A stretch of 64,000 nucleotides of DNA from an uncultured Candidatus Saccharibacteria bacterium (lineage in GTDB: Bacteria; Patescibacteriota; Saccharimonadia; Saccharimonadales; Saccharimonadaceae). Position numbers and translations under genes: made by a program. This document shows, in pieces, positions 28,001 through 36,734 of this stretch (the first letter of the stretch is position 1; the number at the start of each line of letters is the position of its first letter). The notes beneath the pieces were generated by a model. It had not been told where the DNA came from. It saw only the letters and a program-made list of their open reading frames with translations, and made no database searches. The DNA lies in assembly GCA_938041555.1 (NCBI GenBank), contig CALIAC010000011.1, forward strand, positions 18,466 through 82,465. Direction: 5' to 3'.

Positions 28001-28798
28001 CTATGCTGCGCGAACAAGCGTATTATCACCTTGTGGCAGGTCACTACTACCCACGCCTGCTTCGTCTGGTGCAGCACTAATCTGGTTCCAGTCTTCTAAA
28101 TATGGCGTCACCGTGCGATCACCACCCTTACTCGGTGTTTCAACCGCCACAACCAAAGGCGACTTCCCTTCATAACAGTCAATAACGTATTGTGTTGTTC
28201 CCTGCTCACTCGTTGTTGTCACAACTATCCGAGCTGTTGCATCATCTGGCACAAGACCAGTTGCGCCAAATGTACCACGAGTCAATTGCCATGCATCAGT
28301 CACTCGCGCCTCATACGGTTCTCCACCCACATCACAGCAGACCACTCGCCAATCGGCCAGATCCATCGAGCCAAATTCATAATGCTTTAGAGCGCCCATA
28401 TTACCCGCCGGATCGTACAAAAAGCCATACGTTGGCCCCTTCTTTTCTATCGCGCGCAACTTGTCGAGCCGAGCGTCAAGCTTCTCTCGCTCTTTTTTAT
28501 CCAGGGATTGATTTGCCAATCGACCCTCAATTTCTCTCTCTTCTCTCTGCACCTCTGCTTCAAATAGCTGACGCGCCACTCCTTCGTTCGCTGCCCGCCG
28601 CTCCATCTCCGCCTCAGTCAGGGGCTGCAGCTCACCACTCGCCTGGGCTGCTTCGACGATGGCATCGTGCGTCGCCTGGTAGGTAGAGCGATCGAGGCTA
28701 TCGGCAGACGCCTCTGGATCATACGGACTGGGCAGGCCAGCGCCAGCACGCTCTCCACCATTAGAAAATGATGTATCTACTGCTTCGCTTTGTGCCAT
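28001..28798 (-). CDS. hypothetical protein (265 aa; N-terminal coiled-coil-like region, C-terminal beta-rich region)
   Basis: Start trimmed to ATG 28798 (SD AGAGGT upstream). No domain recognised. Confidence 0.5.
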   Translation of the reverse strand: MAQSEAVDTSFSNGGERAGAGLPSPYDPEASADSLDRSTYQATHDAIVEAAQASGELQPLTEAEMERRAANEGVARQLFEAEVQREEREIEGRLANQSLDKKEREKLDARLDKLRAIEKKGPTYGFLYDPAGNMGALKHYEFGSMDLADWRVVCCDVGGEPYEARVTDAWQLTRGTFGATGLVPDDATARIVVTTTSEQGTTQYVIDCYEGKSPLVVAVETPSKGGDRTVTPYLEDWNQISAAPDEAGVGSSDLPQGDNTLVRAA

Positions 28799-28892
28799 GC
28801 CCAACCTCTATTCTGTTTTGCTTGTGATGGCCCAGATTATACACCACTCTCGATACTTTGTCTATAGTCTGACCTCTGTTCGGTTGGTGTTC

Positions 28893-31460
28893 TTAGACCT
28901 GTCCCCAATTATCACCAATCGAGACGTCGACTTTGAGCTTAACGCCAAGCTGTGGATAAATATGCTCCATTGTCTCGCGCAGGATATGGCTCACCTGCTC
29001 GGCATGGGCGCGCGGGCACTCAACCATAATGCTATCGTGAATCTGCACCACCTGCCAACCAATCGGCTGGCCATCGCCATCAGCCAGCTGCTCTCCAGCC
29101 TGGGCCAGCTTGTCTTCCACCGCCAGCATGGCAAGCTTCATCAGGTCGGCCTCGGTACCTTGGATCGGCATATTGGCAGCCGCTCGCTCGGCAGCGCTGC
29201 GCACCGCAAAGTTACGCGACGCAACATCCGGCGTCCAGCGGCGGCGACCAAACAGCGTCTGAACAAAGCCCGCATCATGCGCCTGCTGGATAGTCTGCGC
29301 CATATAGGCTTTGAGCTTCGGCCGAAGGCGATAATATTCATCAATAAAGTGCTGCGCCTCGGCATAGCTCATCTGCGCGGCGGCGGCCAGGCCATGCTGG
29401 CTCATCCCATACAACACCCCAAAGTTCACCACCTTGGCCCGGCGGCGCTGCTCCTTTGTGACGACATCGAGTGGCACTCCATACACCTGGGCGGCCGTAT
29501 TCGCGTGGATGTCGATATCGGTATTAAAATCGCGAATCATTGCCTCCTCCCCCGACAGCACGGCCGCTAGGCGCAGCTCAAACTGCGAATAGTCAGCATT
29601 GACAAACACATTGCCCGGCGCTGGCACAAAGGCATCGCGAACGTGCCGCCCTAGCTCACTGCGAATCGGGATGTTTTGCAAATTTGGGTCGGTACTACTG
29701 AGTCGGCCCGTCGCTACCACATCTTGGTTGAAAGTAGTATGGATATAGCCCGCGTCATCGGTCAGCTGCGGCAGCGCCTCAACATACGTGTTTTGTAGCT
29801 TCGTCAGCTCGCGGTAGCGCTCCACGAGCCCAATAATCGGGTGATGCGGCCGAAGCTTATCCAGCTCCTTCTGGCTCGTCGAGTAACCCGTCTTACCCTT
29901 CTTAATCCCCGCCGTTGGCAACTGGAGTTTCACAAAGAGTGCCTCGGCTAGCTGGGCCGGGCTGCCAATATTAAGCTCATACCCCACCATGCCATAAATC
30001 TGCTGCTGCAACTCGGCGATCTCGCTACTCAAGGTGCGCTGCATCGCCGCAAGTGTGCGGCTATCGAGCCGGATACCGCGCCACTCCATCCGCGCCAGCA
30101 CAGGGATGAGCGGAAAGTCCATCGTCCGTGCCACCCGGGCAAGCTCGGGCAGCGCATCAAGCGCCTGAGTTTGCTCATCGTACACCGCCCAGAGCGCACT
30201 AATAGCGAGACGTGGGTCATCAAGCGACTCCAGCCCCGCGAGATCAGCCAGCGCCCGCGACGTACGCAGGGGATTAAGCAAGAACGACCCCTGGGCGGTA
30301 TCATGCCTCACTACTGGCAACTGCTGCACCCCACGAGCCAGCAATTGGCGCAATAATTCCTTGGTGCGGTGCCCAACGATCGGCACATGCGGAATAACAT
30401 CAATCGCATCACGCCAGCTCAGGCGGGCTGCCTTGCCCCGCTCGTGGCTCACCCACACACCGCCCTCGACCGGCCAGACCAGCAGCTCTTTGGCCATCAG
30501 GAAGAGCGCCTTAGCCTGGTGAGCAGGCAGCTCAGTCGCATGCTGCACCACTGGTACATCGGGCGGCTGAGTACTCTCTGCCGCCTGCATCTGCGGCGGC
30601 AATTGGCGCAGCAAACTACGAAACTCCAGCCGCTGCAACATCGCCCGCACCGCCGCTGGGTCGCAGTTGTCCATTGCCATCGCTGCTCGGTCAAGCGTCA
30701 CCGGTGCATCGGTATATAGCCGGGCCAGCTCGCGGCTCATGTAGGCCGAATCTTTGCCCTGCTCCAGCTTGCGCCGCAGCGTATCCTTGACCTGCCAGAG
30801 GTTATCATAGAGGTTGTCAAGCGTGTCGAATTGCTGCAGCAGCTTCACTGCCGTCTTCTCCCCCACGCCTGGCACACCGGGGATATTATCCGACGCATCG
30901 CCCTTGAGGCTCTTGAAGTCGAGGAACTGGCCAATCCGAATGCCATAGCGCTGCTCGAAGGCGGGGATGTCGAATTTGTCGATGTTGGTCAAGCCTTTCT
31001 TGAGGGCATAGAGATAAGTATTTTGGTCGAGTATTTGCAGAGCGTCGAGGTCACTCGTGATGAGATACGTCTCGATATCCCCTTCCTGCTCGGCCTGGGC
31101 ATCGAGCGTCGCCATAATGTCGTCTGCCTCATAGTCATCAAACTCATACAGCGGCCAGCCAAACGCCTGCAAAAGCTCGTGGAGCAGTGGTATCTGGGCG
31201 TAAAAATCTGGCGGAGCGGGCTTGCGACCAGCCTTGTATTGGTCGTAGATGGCAAGACGCCGGCGGATGTTTGTCTTCGGCTTATCCCACGCCACGCACA
31301 CGTAGTCTGGCTGGAGGCGCTTGATCAGCTCCAGGCTCAGCGCCGCAAAGCCATACACCCCACCAGTTGGCGTGCCATCAGCCGTCGAGAGGTTGGGCAT
31401 GGCATAGTACCCACGGTAGAACACACTTTTGCCATCAATAATCACGAGGCGCTTCATCAT
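28893..31460 (-). CDS. polA: DNA polymerase I
   Basis: 855 aa with an N-terminal 5'-3' exonuclease/FEN domain. Polymerase motif A is 'DYSQFELRLAA', motif B 'RRRAKVVNFGVLYGMS' and motif C 'QIHDSIMVE'. Confidence 0.95.
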   Translation of the reverse strand: MMKRLVIIDGKSVFYRGYYAMPNLSTADGTPTGGVYGFAALSLELIKRLQPDYVCVAWDKPKTNIRRRLAIYDQYKAGRKPAPPDFYAQIPLLHELLQAFGWPLYEFDDYEADDIMATLDAQAEQEGDIETYLITSDLDALQILDQNTYLYALKKGLTNIDKFDIPAFEQRYGIRIGQFLDFKSLKGDASDNIPGVPGVGEKTAVKLLQQFDTLDNLYDNLWQVKDTLRRKLEQGKDSAYMSRELARLYTDAPVTLDRAAMAMDNCDPAAVRAMLQRLEFRSLLRQLPPQMQAAESTQPPDVPVVQHATELPAHQAKALFLMAKELLVWPVEGGVWVSHERGKAARLSWRDAIDVIPHVPIVGHRTKELLRQLLARGVQQLPVVRHDTAQGSFLLNPLRTSRALADLAGLESLDDPRLAISALWAVYDEQTQALDALPELARVARTMDFPLIPVLARMEWRGIRLDSRTLAAMQRTLSSEIAELQQQIYGMVGYELNIGSPAQLAEALFVKLQLPTAGIKKGKTGYSTSQKELDKLRPHHPIIGLVERYRELTKLQNTYVEALPQLTDDAGYIHTTFNQDVVATGRLSSTDPNLQNIPIRSELGRHVRDAFVPAPGNVFVNADYSQFELRLAAVLSGEEAMIRDFNTDIDIHANTAAQVYGVPLDVVTKEQRRRAKVVNFGVLYGMSQHGLAAAAQMSYAEAQHFIDEYYRLRPKLKAYMAQTIQQAHDAGFVQTLFGRRRWTPDVASRNFAVRSAAERAAANMPIQGTEADLMKLAMLAVEDKLAQAGEQLADGDGQPIGWQVVQIHDSIMVECPRAHAEQVSHILRETMEHIYPQLGVKLKVDVSIGDNWGQV

Positions 31461-31533
31461 AGTTCTAGTATAGCATTGGTGCCGTGCAGAAACATCCTCG
31501 CGCAGCGCCTCTACTCTGCTCCCTGCCCTCCAG

Positions 31534-32748
31534 CTACAGCGTAGGCGGAGCGCGATGCCGACGCCGTCGCCACCACCACACCAGCCAGCCAGCCAGTGCG
31601 ATGAGTAGCAAGCACAGGCTAATCAGCAGTGCTGGCACAAAGTTGCTGATAAGTTCGGCCAGCGGGCCCTGCGCAGCAAACGCACCCTTTTTCTTCTTCA
31701 CCGTCATCCGTTTAGTGCCCGGCTTTTTATCTTTCTTGTCGTCCTTTTTCTCTGGTGGAGTAGCCGGTGGTTTTTCGCTAGTGGTTGGAGTGCCGCTTTG
31801 GTATATCTTGACATAGTCGATGAGGAAGGTCTGGTTGGCAAACTTCTTCGATGAGTCGGGCGGGTGCTCCTCACTCTTCCACTCCACGTAATCGTTAAGA
31901 ATAACATACCACGTATCGTCAAAGACCTGCTTGAATTGATTCGCATCCATGCCCATTTTTGCTGGTTTTTCTGCTGGAACCCGAGTGGTTGGATGACTCT
32001 TCTCATCGCCCGCTCGATAGTTATACACCAGCACCGGCTGGTTATCCACGAAGAATCTGACCGTCTCACCATCGTATTCTGTCGCCCAGACATGCCAGTT
32101 GTTCGCCAACGTCACTGGGGATGGTATGAGGTTCTCTCGGCTATGCCCTAGCCCCTTTGTCTTCCATATCTGCGATGACGGGCTGTGGTAGCAGCGAATA
32201 TGCGTCGTCGACCATGTGTAGGTCGGCGTCCATGAATACCACTCTAGCATATCGAGCTCACCATAGGGGTCATTCGCTTGCTTGTTGTTGTTGCAATTGG
32301 CAAGCGTCACACTATTGCGCAGCCAAATAGCTGGGCGCGTCCCATTCTCGCCATTCCAATTAATCTTCGCCCGTACCTCGACGCGGAATGGTTTATGCCC
32401 ATCGAGCACCCGACCCGACTCCACTCGCCCACTCTGGTAGCGTGTCATCTTGCCAGATGGGCACGGCTCTTGGCTCGCATTACTATCGCCCAGTGGCTCA
32501 GCCACACTCGACACACAGTGACGCCGGGTCGTAATCTGCAAAGCGCCGTTAGTCACCGCAACATTGTTGGCGCTATATGCCAAATGTTCCTTGCCATAAT
32601 TATCCTTATTTTGCTGAAGAACCTTCCAATTCGACAGTGACGTCGTAAACTCCTCGTTGTACACCATCTGCCACTGCTGCGCCTGGGCGACCCCACCAAA
32701 GATCACCGACACAGCACCCGCAACAAGGACACTCACTACTCCATACAT
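31534..32748 (-). CDS. glycoside hydrolase family 16 (beta-glucanase-like), secreted, with C-terminal membrane anchor
   Basis: Start trimmed to ATG 32748 (SD AAGGTGG 5 nt upstream). Signal peptide is MYGVVSVLVAGAVSVIFGGVAQA. The GH16 catalytic motif E-x-D-x-x-E appears as 'GELDMLEW'. The C-terminus has a PT-rich linker, a K/D-rich block, a TM helix and a WWW-RRRRHR tail. Confidence 0.7.
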   Translation of the reverse strand: MYGVVSVLVAGAVSVIFGGVAQAQQWQMVYNEEFTTSLSNWKVLQQNKDNYGKEHLAYSANNVAVTNGALQITTRRHCVSSVAEPLGDSNASQEPCPSGKMTRYQSGRVESGRVLDGHKPFRVEVRAKINWNGENGTRPAIWLRNSVTLANCNNNKQANDPYGELDMLEWYSWTPTYTWSTTHIRCYHSPSSQIWKTKGLGHSRENLIPSPVTLANNWHVWATEYDGETVRFFVDNQPVLVYNYRAGDEKSHPTTRVPAEKPAKMGMDANQFKQVFDDTWYVILNDYVEWKSEEHPPDSSKKFANQTFLIDYVKIYQSGTPTTSEKPPATPPEKKDDKKDKKPGTKRMTVKKKKGAFAAQGPLAELISNFVPALLISLCLLLIALAGWLVWWWRRRRHRAPPTL

Positions 32749-32812
32749 CAGCCCACCTTGTCGCTGCACTCCTATCTCCTCAGTCTGCACTATCCGCGCT
32801 TATATACGTTAT

Positions 32813-32869
32813 TATATAAGTGTACACGTTTTATATAAGTGTACACGTTTTATATAAGTGTACACGTTT
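32813..32869. repeat. three perfect head-to-tail copies of the 19-bp unit TATATAAGTGTACACGTTT
   Basis: Read directly from the sequence. Units are 32813-32831, 32832-32850 and 32851-32869. Each contains the palindrome GTGTACAC, and a degenerate partial copy (TATATACGTT) lies just upstream at about 32801-32810. The array lies 65-120 nt upstream of the GH16 start. Confidence 0.95.
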
Positions 32870-32917
32870 TGTCGGATTTTTCAATTGTTATAGCATAAGT
32901 ATTACTACACTGAAACG

Positions 32918-33391
32918 CTACGCTAACACCTCTCCACCGCCTTGGCTGCTCTGTGCCCTTCGTGCTAACTCTTGCGCAACCTGCCGCCGAGCACGCGCTC
33001 GCTCAACATTGTCTGTTCCACCAACAACATCATCTGTATCTGGCTGATGTTTTGTGATGTCCGCCATATGCGCCGCAAGGCATTCAGCCTGCACTGGGCA
33101 ACTGCCGCATATCGTTTTCCCTTTTTCAATATTTCCCCAATGCTCCCGCTTTCTCCCATCGAGGCCAATAAAGTACTGTTCATCCTCGAGGCTACAAGCA
33201 GCTTGTCCAATCCATACTGATCGAGGGGCTGGCTTATATCCGCCGCGAATCAGCCGCTCAGTATATACCGCAGGGCTTACGCCATTCTTTATCTGTTCTC
33301 GCATTGCCAGCGTGGCAGGGGTTGGCTTTCTTGGTTGTTCACGCATCATAAGTTTTTTCTCTTTTGCTATACAAAACGTTGGCTTCTGCAT
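32918..33391 (-). CDS. WhiB-like (Wbl) Fe-S transcription factor, single domain
   Basis: 'W..QAAC-x31-C-GS-C-PVQAE-C-LAAHM...DVVGGT..VER' is the four-Cys Wbl pattern (C-xn-C-x2-C-x5-C) plus a G[VI]WGG-like turn. Start is uncertain (GTG 33403, ATG 33391 or 33349). Confidence 0.7.
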   Translation of the reverse strand: MQKPTFCIAKEKKLMMREQPRKPTPATLAMREQIKNGVSPAVYTERLIRGGYKPAPRSVWIGQAACSLEDEQYFIGLDGRKREHWGNIEKGKTICGSCPVQAECLAAHMADITKHQPDTDDVVGGTDNVERARARRQVAQELARRAQSSQGGGEVLA

Positions 33392-33509
33392 TATTCCACA
33401 CACCTGTTATTTTGCCAAGCATAAGCAGTGTGTTCCGCCGCTTGTCGCTCTACCACTGCATCACCTAGCGGCGCCGAGCCCGCCGCTGCTTGGGTTTGGG
33501 CATACCCCA

Positions 33510-34184
33510 CTACCGGCGGTCGGCTTGGGTTGTGCCACCACGGACATCACCAGCAGCGATAATACGTTGGTACCCCTGCAGCGCAAAGAACAAGCACTCG
33601 GCTGCTACTGGGCACTCAGCACAGTCCTCACGCCGCTCGGGCTCTATCCGCTGCTTCGTCTCGGCATCAATGCACAGCGCCAAGCGAGCAAAAGCCTGCG
33701 GCGCAGGGATATGCCCAATATGTCGCCGCTCGGCCATACACTGCTCCGCCCAGGCAATCCGTGCCTCGGGCGTATCATTAGTATGAACAGTATGATGCAT
33801 AGCGCTCGTGAGCGTGGTGGACTGGCTCGGAAGGTCCGCCAGTGCAGACTCGTCCGTTAGTTGCTCGCGCTGCTTCGCCGTGAGGCCAGCACAGATCCCA
33901 ACCGACACACCTTCTCTCACCGCATATGCCGCGCAGACGTCAATCACCGCACAACCAATGCAGCGCCGCAACGCCAGTGCCGTGTCTTCTGGTTTGCCGC
34001 TAAAATATTCTTCGCTCGTGGCCGGGCTACAGGCAGCATCGCGCATCCAGTCCTTTGGCAGTGGTGCGTCTCCCCGTTGCCGCGTCAATATACCAAGCCA
34101 AAACAACCGCGATGCAGGATCGCTTGGCACATAGCGTCGTAGTTGCTCTGGTCGTGATGGCTGTGCAGCTGGCTGCTCTTCCAT
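33510..34184 (-). CDS. tandem two-domain WhiB-like protein
   Basis: Domain 1: 'WMRDAAC..EEYF..-C-IG-C-AVIDV-C-AAYAV...GICAGLTAKQR'. Domain 2: 'C..-C-AE-C-PVAAE-C-LFFAL...GDVRGGTTQADRR'. Start is uncertain. ATG 34184 avoids overlapping the divergent gene; alternatives are 34259 and 34268. Confidence 0.65.
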   Translation of the reverse strand: MEEQPAAQPSRPEQLRRYVPSDPASRLFWLGILTRQRGDAPLPKDWMRDAACSPATSEEYFSGKPEDTALALRRCIGCAVIDVCAAYAVREGVSVGICAGLTAKQREQLTDESALADLPSQSTTLTSAMHHTVHTNDTPEARIAWAEQCMAERRHIGHIPAPQAFARLALCIDAETKQRIEPERREDCAECPVAAECLFFALQGYQRIIAAGDVRGGTTQADRR

Positions 34185-34250
34185 ACTATCTTTATTGTAC
34201 CATTCCCCACGCTGCCAACCATAAACGTCATCATCTGCTATACTAGAGAT

Positions 34251-34826
34251 ATGAATCATCCATCTCATCCGACGACAGTCCTTGCCTTCGTTGGCCTCTC
34301 GGGCGCAGGCAAGAGCGAGGCGGTCAACCATGTGGCGCGCCTTGGTATCCCCAAGGTCTACGCTGGTGGCATCCTCTACGACGAAATGCGCCGCCGCGGA
34401 ATCGCTATCACCCCGCAATCACAAGCCGAATTTCGCAAAGCCTGGCGCGAAGAGGCTGGCAAAGACATCATCATTCGCACTGCTGCCGAGCAAATGCAGC
34501 GCCTTGCCGCCGCTGGGCAGCGCCACATTCTCTTTGACGGGCTCTACTCCTGGACGGAGTACAAGTACCTTACCCACCACTTCCCGGGTGAGCTCGTTGT
34601 GGCGGCCATCGTGGCACCCAAGCAGCTCCGTCACCGCCGCCTTGCTCAGCGGCCCGAGCGGCCCTTTACCGCACAGGAAGCGATCGCCCGCGACTGGTCG
34701 GAGATTGAGGATATTGAGAAGGGTGGCCCTATCGCCATTGCCGACCACTTCATCTCCAACAGCCACAATCTCACCGAGCTCCACCAGCAGGTCGACACCC
34801 TTTGCCGCGAGATTGGTTGGATGTAA
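34251..34826 (+). CDS. P-loop nucleotide kinase, CoaE/UPF0200-like
   Basis: 191 aa. Walker A 'GLSGAGKS', then 'LFDGLYSWTEYKYL' and 'R...RP....E...RD..E......G..IAIADHFISN', resembling dephospho-CoA-kinase-like / UPF0200 small kinases. Confidence 0.55.
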   Translation: MNHPSHPTTVLAFVGLSGAGKSEAVNHVARLGIPKVYAGGILYDEMRRRGIAITPQSQAEFRKAWREEAGKDIIIRTAAEQMQRLAAAGQRHILFDGLYSWTEYKYLTHHFPGELVVAAIVAPKQLRHRRLAQRPERPFTAQEAIARDWSEIEDIEKGGPIAIADHFISNSHNLTELHQQVDTLCREIGWM

Positions 34827-34827
34827 A

Positions 34828-34844
34828 ATACCCCAGTGGGGTAT
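34828..34844 (+). terminator. weak hairpin after the kinase gene
   Basis: ATACCCC-AGT-GGGGTAT has a 7-bp stem but only a 3-nt loop and no clean T-tract. Confidence 0.3.
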
Positions 34845-34955
34845 ATAAATCATCAGATAATTGACACAACACCCTTCCTCTGCTATAATTCCCCCACAGA
34901 TTACGTGTGCATAAGGCAAATGCACACTACGGTAATAGCCTAATACGAGGAGTTT

Positions 34956-35408
34956 ATGAACAACCAGCCAACACCCCAGCAACCTGCTGCACCGCAGCCG
35001 CAGCCAGCACCGCAACCACAACCGGTGGCCCAGCCGCAGCCGCAGCCGCAACAGACATATCAATATCAACAACCCTACCAGCAGCCAGTTGCGCCAGTGC
35101 CACAGCCAGCTATTCAGCCACAGCCAACACCATATGCCTATCCCGTTCGTTATGATAACCCTGGTGAAACACTGGGTGTCATTGGATGCGTCTTGAGCTT
35201 CTTTGGTATCTCTATCGGTGGTATTCTCCTTGGCATTATTTCGCGCAATAAGTCTAAGGAAGCCGGTATGTCTACAACGTGGGGTAACGTTAGTCTGGGC
35301 TGGGGCATCTTTGGGTCAGTCTGCTGGTGTCTTATCTGGCTTTTCTGGATACTTGTGTTTGTTGGTGTATTGTCCAAGCCATCTTGGTGGTACTATTATT
35401 ACTACTAA
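34956..35408 (+). CDS. DUF4190-like small membrane protein with a P/Q-rich N-terminus
   Basis: SD is GAGGAG. The N-terminal PQPQPAPQPQPVAQPQPQPQQ low-complexity region is followed by two hydrophobic helices 'LGVIGCVLSFFGISIGGILLGIISRNKSKE...' typical of DUF4190. Confidence 0.65.
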   Translation: MNNQPTPQQPAAPQPQPAPQPQPVAQPQPQPQQTYQYQQPYQQPVAPVPQPAIQPQPTPYAYPVRYDNPGETLGVIGCVLSFFGISIGGILLGIISRNKSKEAGMSTTWGNVSLGWGIFGSVCWCLIWLFWILVFVGVLSKPSWWYYYYY

Positions 35409-35429
35409 GCCACTTTCTTCGATATAAAA

Positions 35430-35457
35430 ATACCCAGCATACTACTGGGTATTTTTA
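35430..35457 (+). terminator. rho-independent terminator after 34956..35408
   Basis: Stem ATACCCAG/CTGGGTAT with a 7-nt loop, then TTTT. Confidence 0.7.
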
Positions 35458-35708
35458 TGTAAAGTATTTTGGGAGTACCTTCTGCATTTTTAGGGCTTTC
35501 GTATTCACCCCTCTACAATCATGATCTCTATTTCTCGGTAGCGATAGTAGGAGTGGGTATTCGAGAGGTTTGTGCCCTCACAGCAAAGTAAATAGCCATT
35601 ATTATACAGAAGCTTCACCAAAAAACCATACAGTAACGACTTTTGCAAGCAATTTATCCAAAAAATCGACATACATACTGTATGCCGATTATTCTCGTGC
35701 ACTACGCC

Positions 35709-36734
35709 CTACTGCTGCAAATACTCGTACAGCTTCTTGGCGTCCTTGTGCTTGCGCAGCTTTGCCAGAGCCTTGGCCTCAATCTGACGGATGCGCTCGC
35801 GCGTCACGGCAAACTCCTGCCCAACTTCCTCCAGCGTGTGGCTCTTGCCATTCTCTAGACCAAAGCGCATTTTGATAATCTTCTGCTCGCGGTCGCTCAA
35901 GGTCGAGAGAATATCTTGCACCTGCTCCTTGAGAAGCTGGTTGGAGGCCGACTCTTCAGGGCTGACCGTATCTTCATCCTCAATAAAGTCCCCCAGCACC
36001 GACTCCTCCGAGTCGTCGCCATCGCGCCCCACACCAGCGTCCAGGCTGCTGATGTCTTGCTTAATCTTCATCACATATTCGACCTTATCCGGCTCCATAT
36101 CGAGCTCTTTGGCAAGCTCGGTAATAGTTGGCTCGCGGTTGAGGTCTTGGGTCAGGCGGCGCTGAGTGCGCAGCAGCTTGTTAATCGTCTCCACCATGTG
36201 GACAGGAATACGAATAGTGCGCGCTTGGTCGGCAATCGCCCGGGTAATCGCCTGGCGAATCCACCAAGTGGCATAGGTGCTAAACTTAAAGCCCTTATCT
36301 GGGTCAAACTTCTCTACCGCCCGTAGTAGCCCGGTGTGCCCTTCCTGGATAAGATCGAGAAAATCAAGGCCACGACCACTATACCGCTTGGCAATGCTTA
36401 CCACCAGGCGCATATTAGCCTCGGCCATTTTGTCTTTGGCGCGCTTATCGCCCTGCTTAATCCGGTAGGCTAGGTCTACCTCTTCGTCAGCACTCAGCAG
36501 CGGGATCTTACCAATCTCGCGCAGGTGCAGCCGCACCGAGTCGTCGCTAATATCATCAAAGTATTGGTTGCTGTTGAGAATCTCCTCCGGCGTATCTTCT
36601 TCCTCAAGTGCCGCGAGGTCGGGCTCCATATCGTCGACGGCTGGATCCATCATCGGTGGCTGGGCATCGGGTGGCGCTGCCTGAGCTGTGGTTGCTGGTT
36701 TTTTTTGCTTGGTATCCTTATCGTCGGTTGCCAC
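35709..36734 (-). CDS. rpoD: RNA polymerase sigma-70 factor (primary-type)
   Basis: 341 aa. Region 2 is '[29 protein letters not shown]' and region 4 '[24 protein letters not shown]'. The GTG start has SD AAGGAG 7 nt upstream and overlaps the dnaG 3' end by 17 nt. Confidence 0.95.
   Translation of the reverse strand: MATDDKDTKQKKPATTAQAAPPDAQPPMMDPAVDDMEPDLAALEEEDTPEEILNSNQYFDDISDDSVRLHLREIGKIPLLSADEEVDLAYRIKQGDKRAKDKMAEANMRLVVSIAKRYSGRGLDFLDLIQEGHTGLLRAVEKFDPDKGFKFSTYATWWIRQAITRAIADQARTIRIPVHMVETINKLLRTQRRLTQDLNREPTITELAKELDMEPDKVEYVMKIKQDISSLDAGVGRDGDDSEESVLGDFIEDEDTVSPEESASNQLLKEQVQDILSTLSDREQKIIKMRFGLENGKSHTLEEVGQEFAVTRERIRQIEAKALAKLRKHKDAKKLYEYLQQ

Noticed and set aside
30831-31544. 237-aa plus-strand ORF
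   Set aside because: It is antisense to the 5' nuclease domain of polA. Shadow ORF.
32813-32869. Possible CRISPR array
   Set aside because: The 19-bp units are directly contiguous with no spacers, there are only three copies, and no cas genes are present. This is a tandem repeat, not a CRISPR array.
34282-35072. ORFs 34282-34848 (+) and 34419-35072 (-)
   Set aside because: They are alternative-frame and antisense products of the P-loop kinase gene and of the repetitive P/Q-coding DNA. Both are low-complexity Ser/Pro/Leu/Arg-rich.
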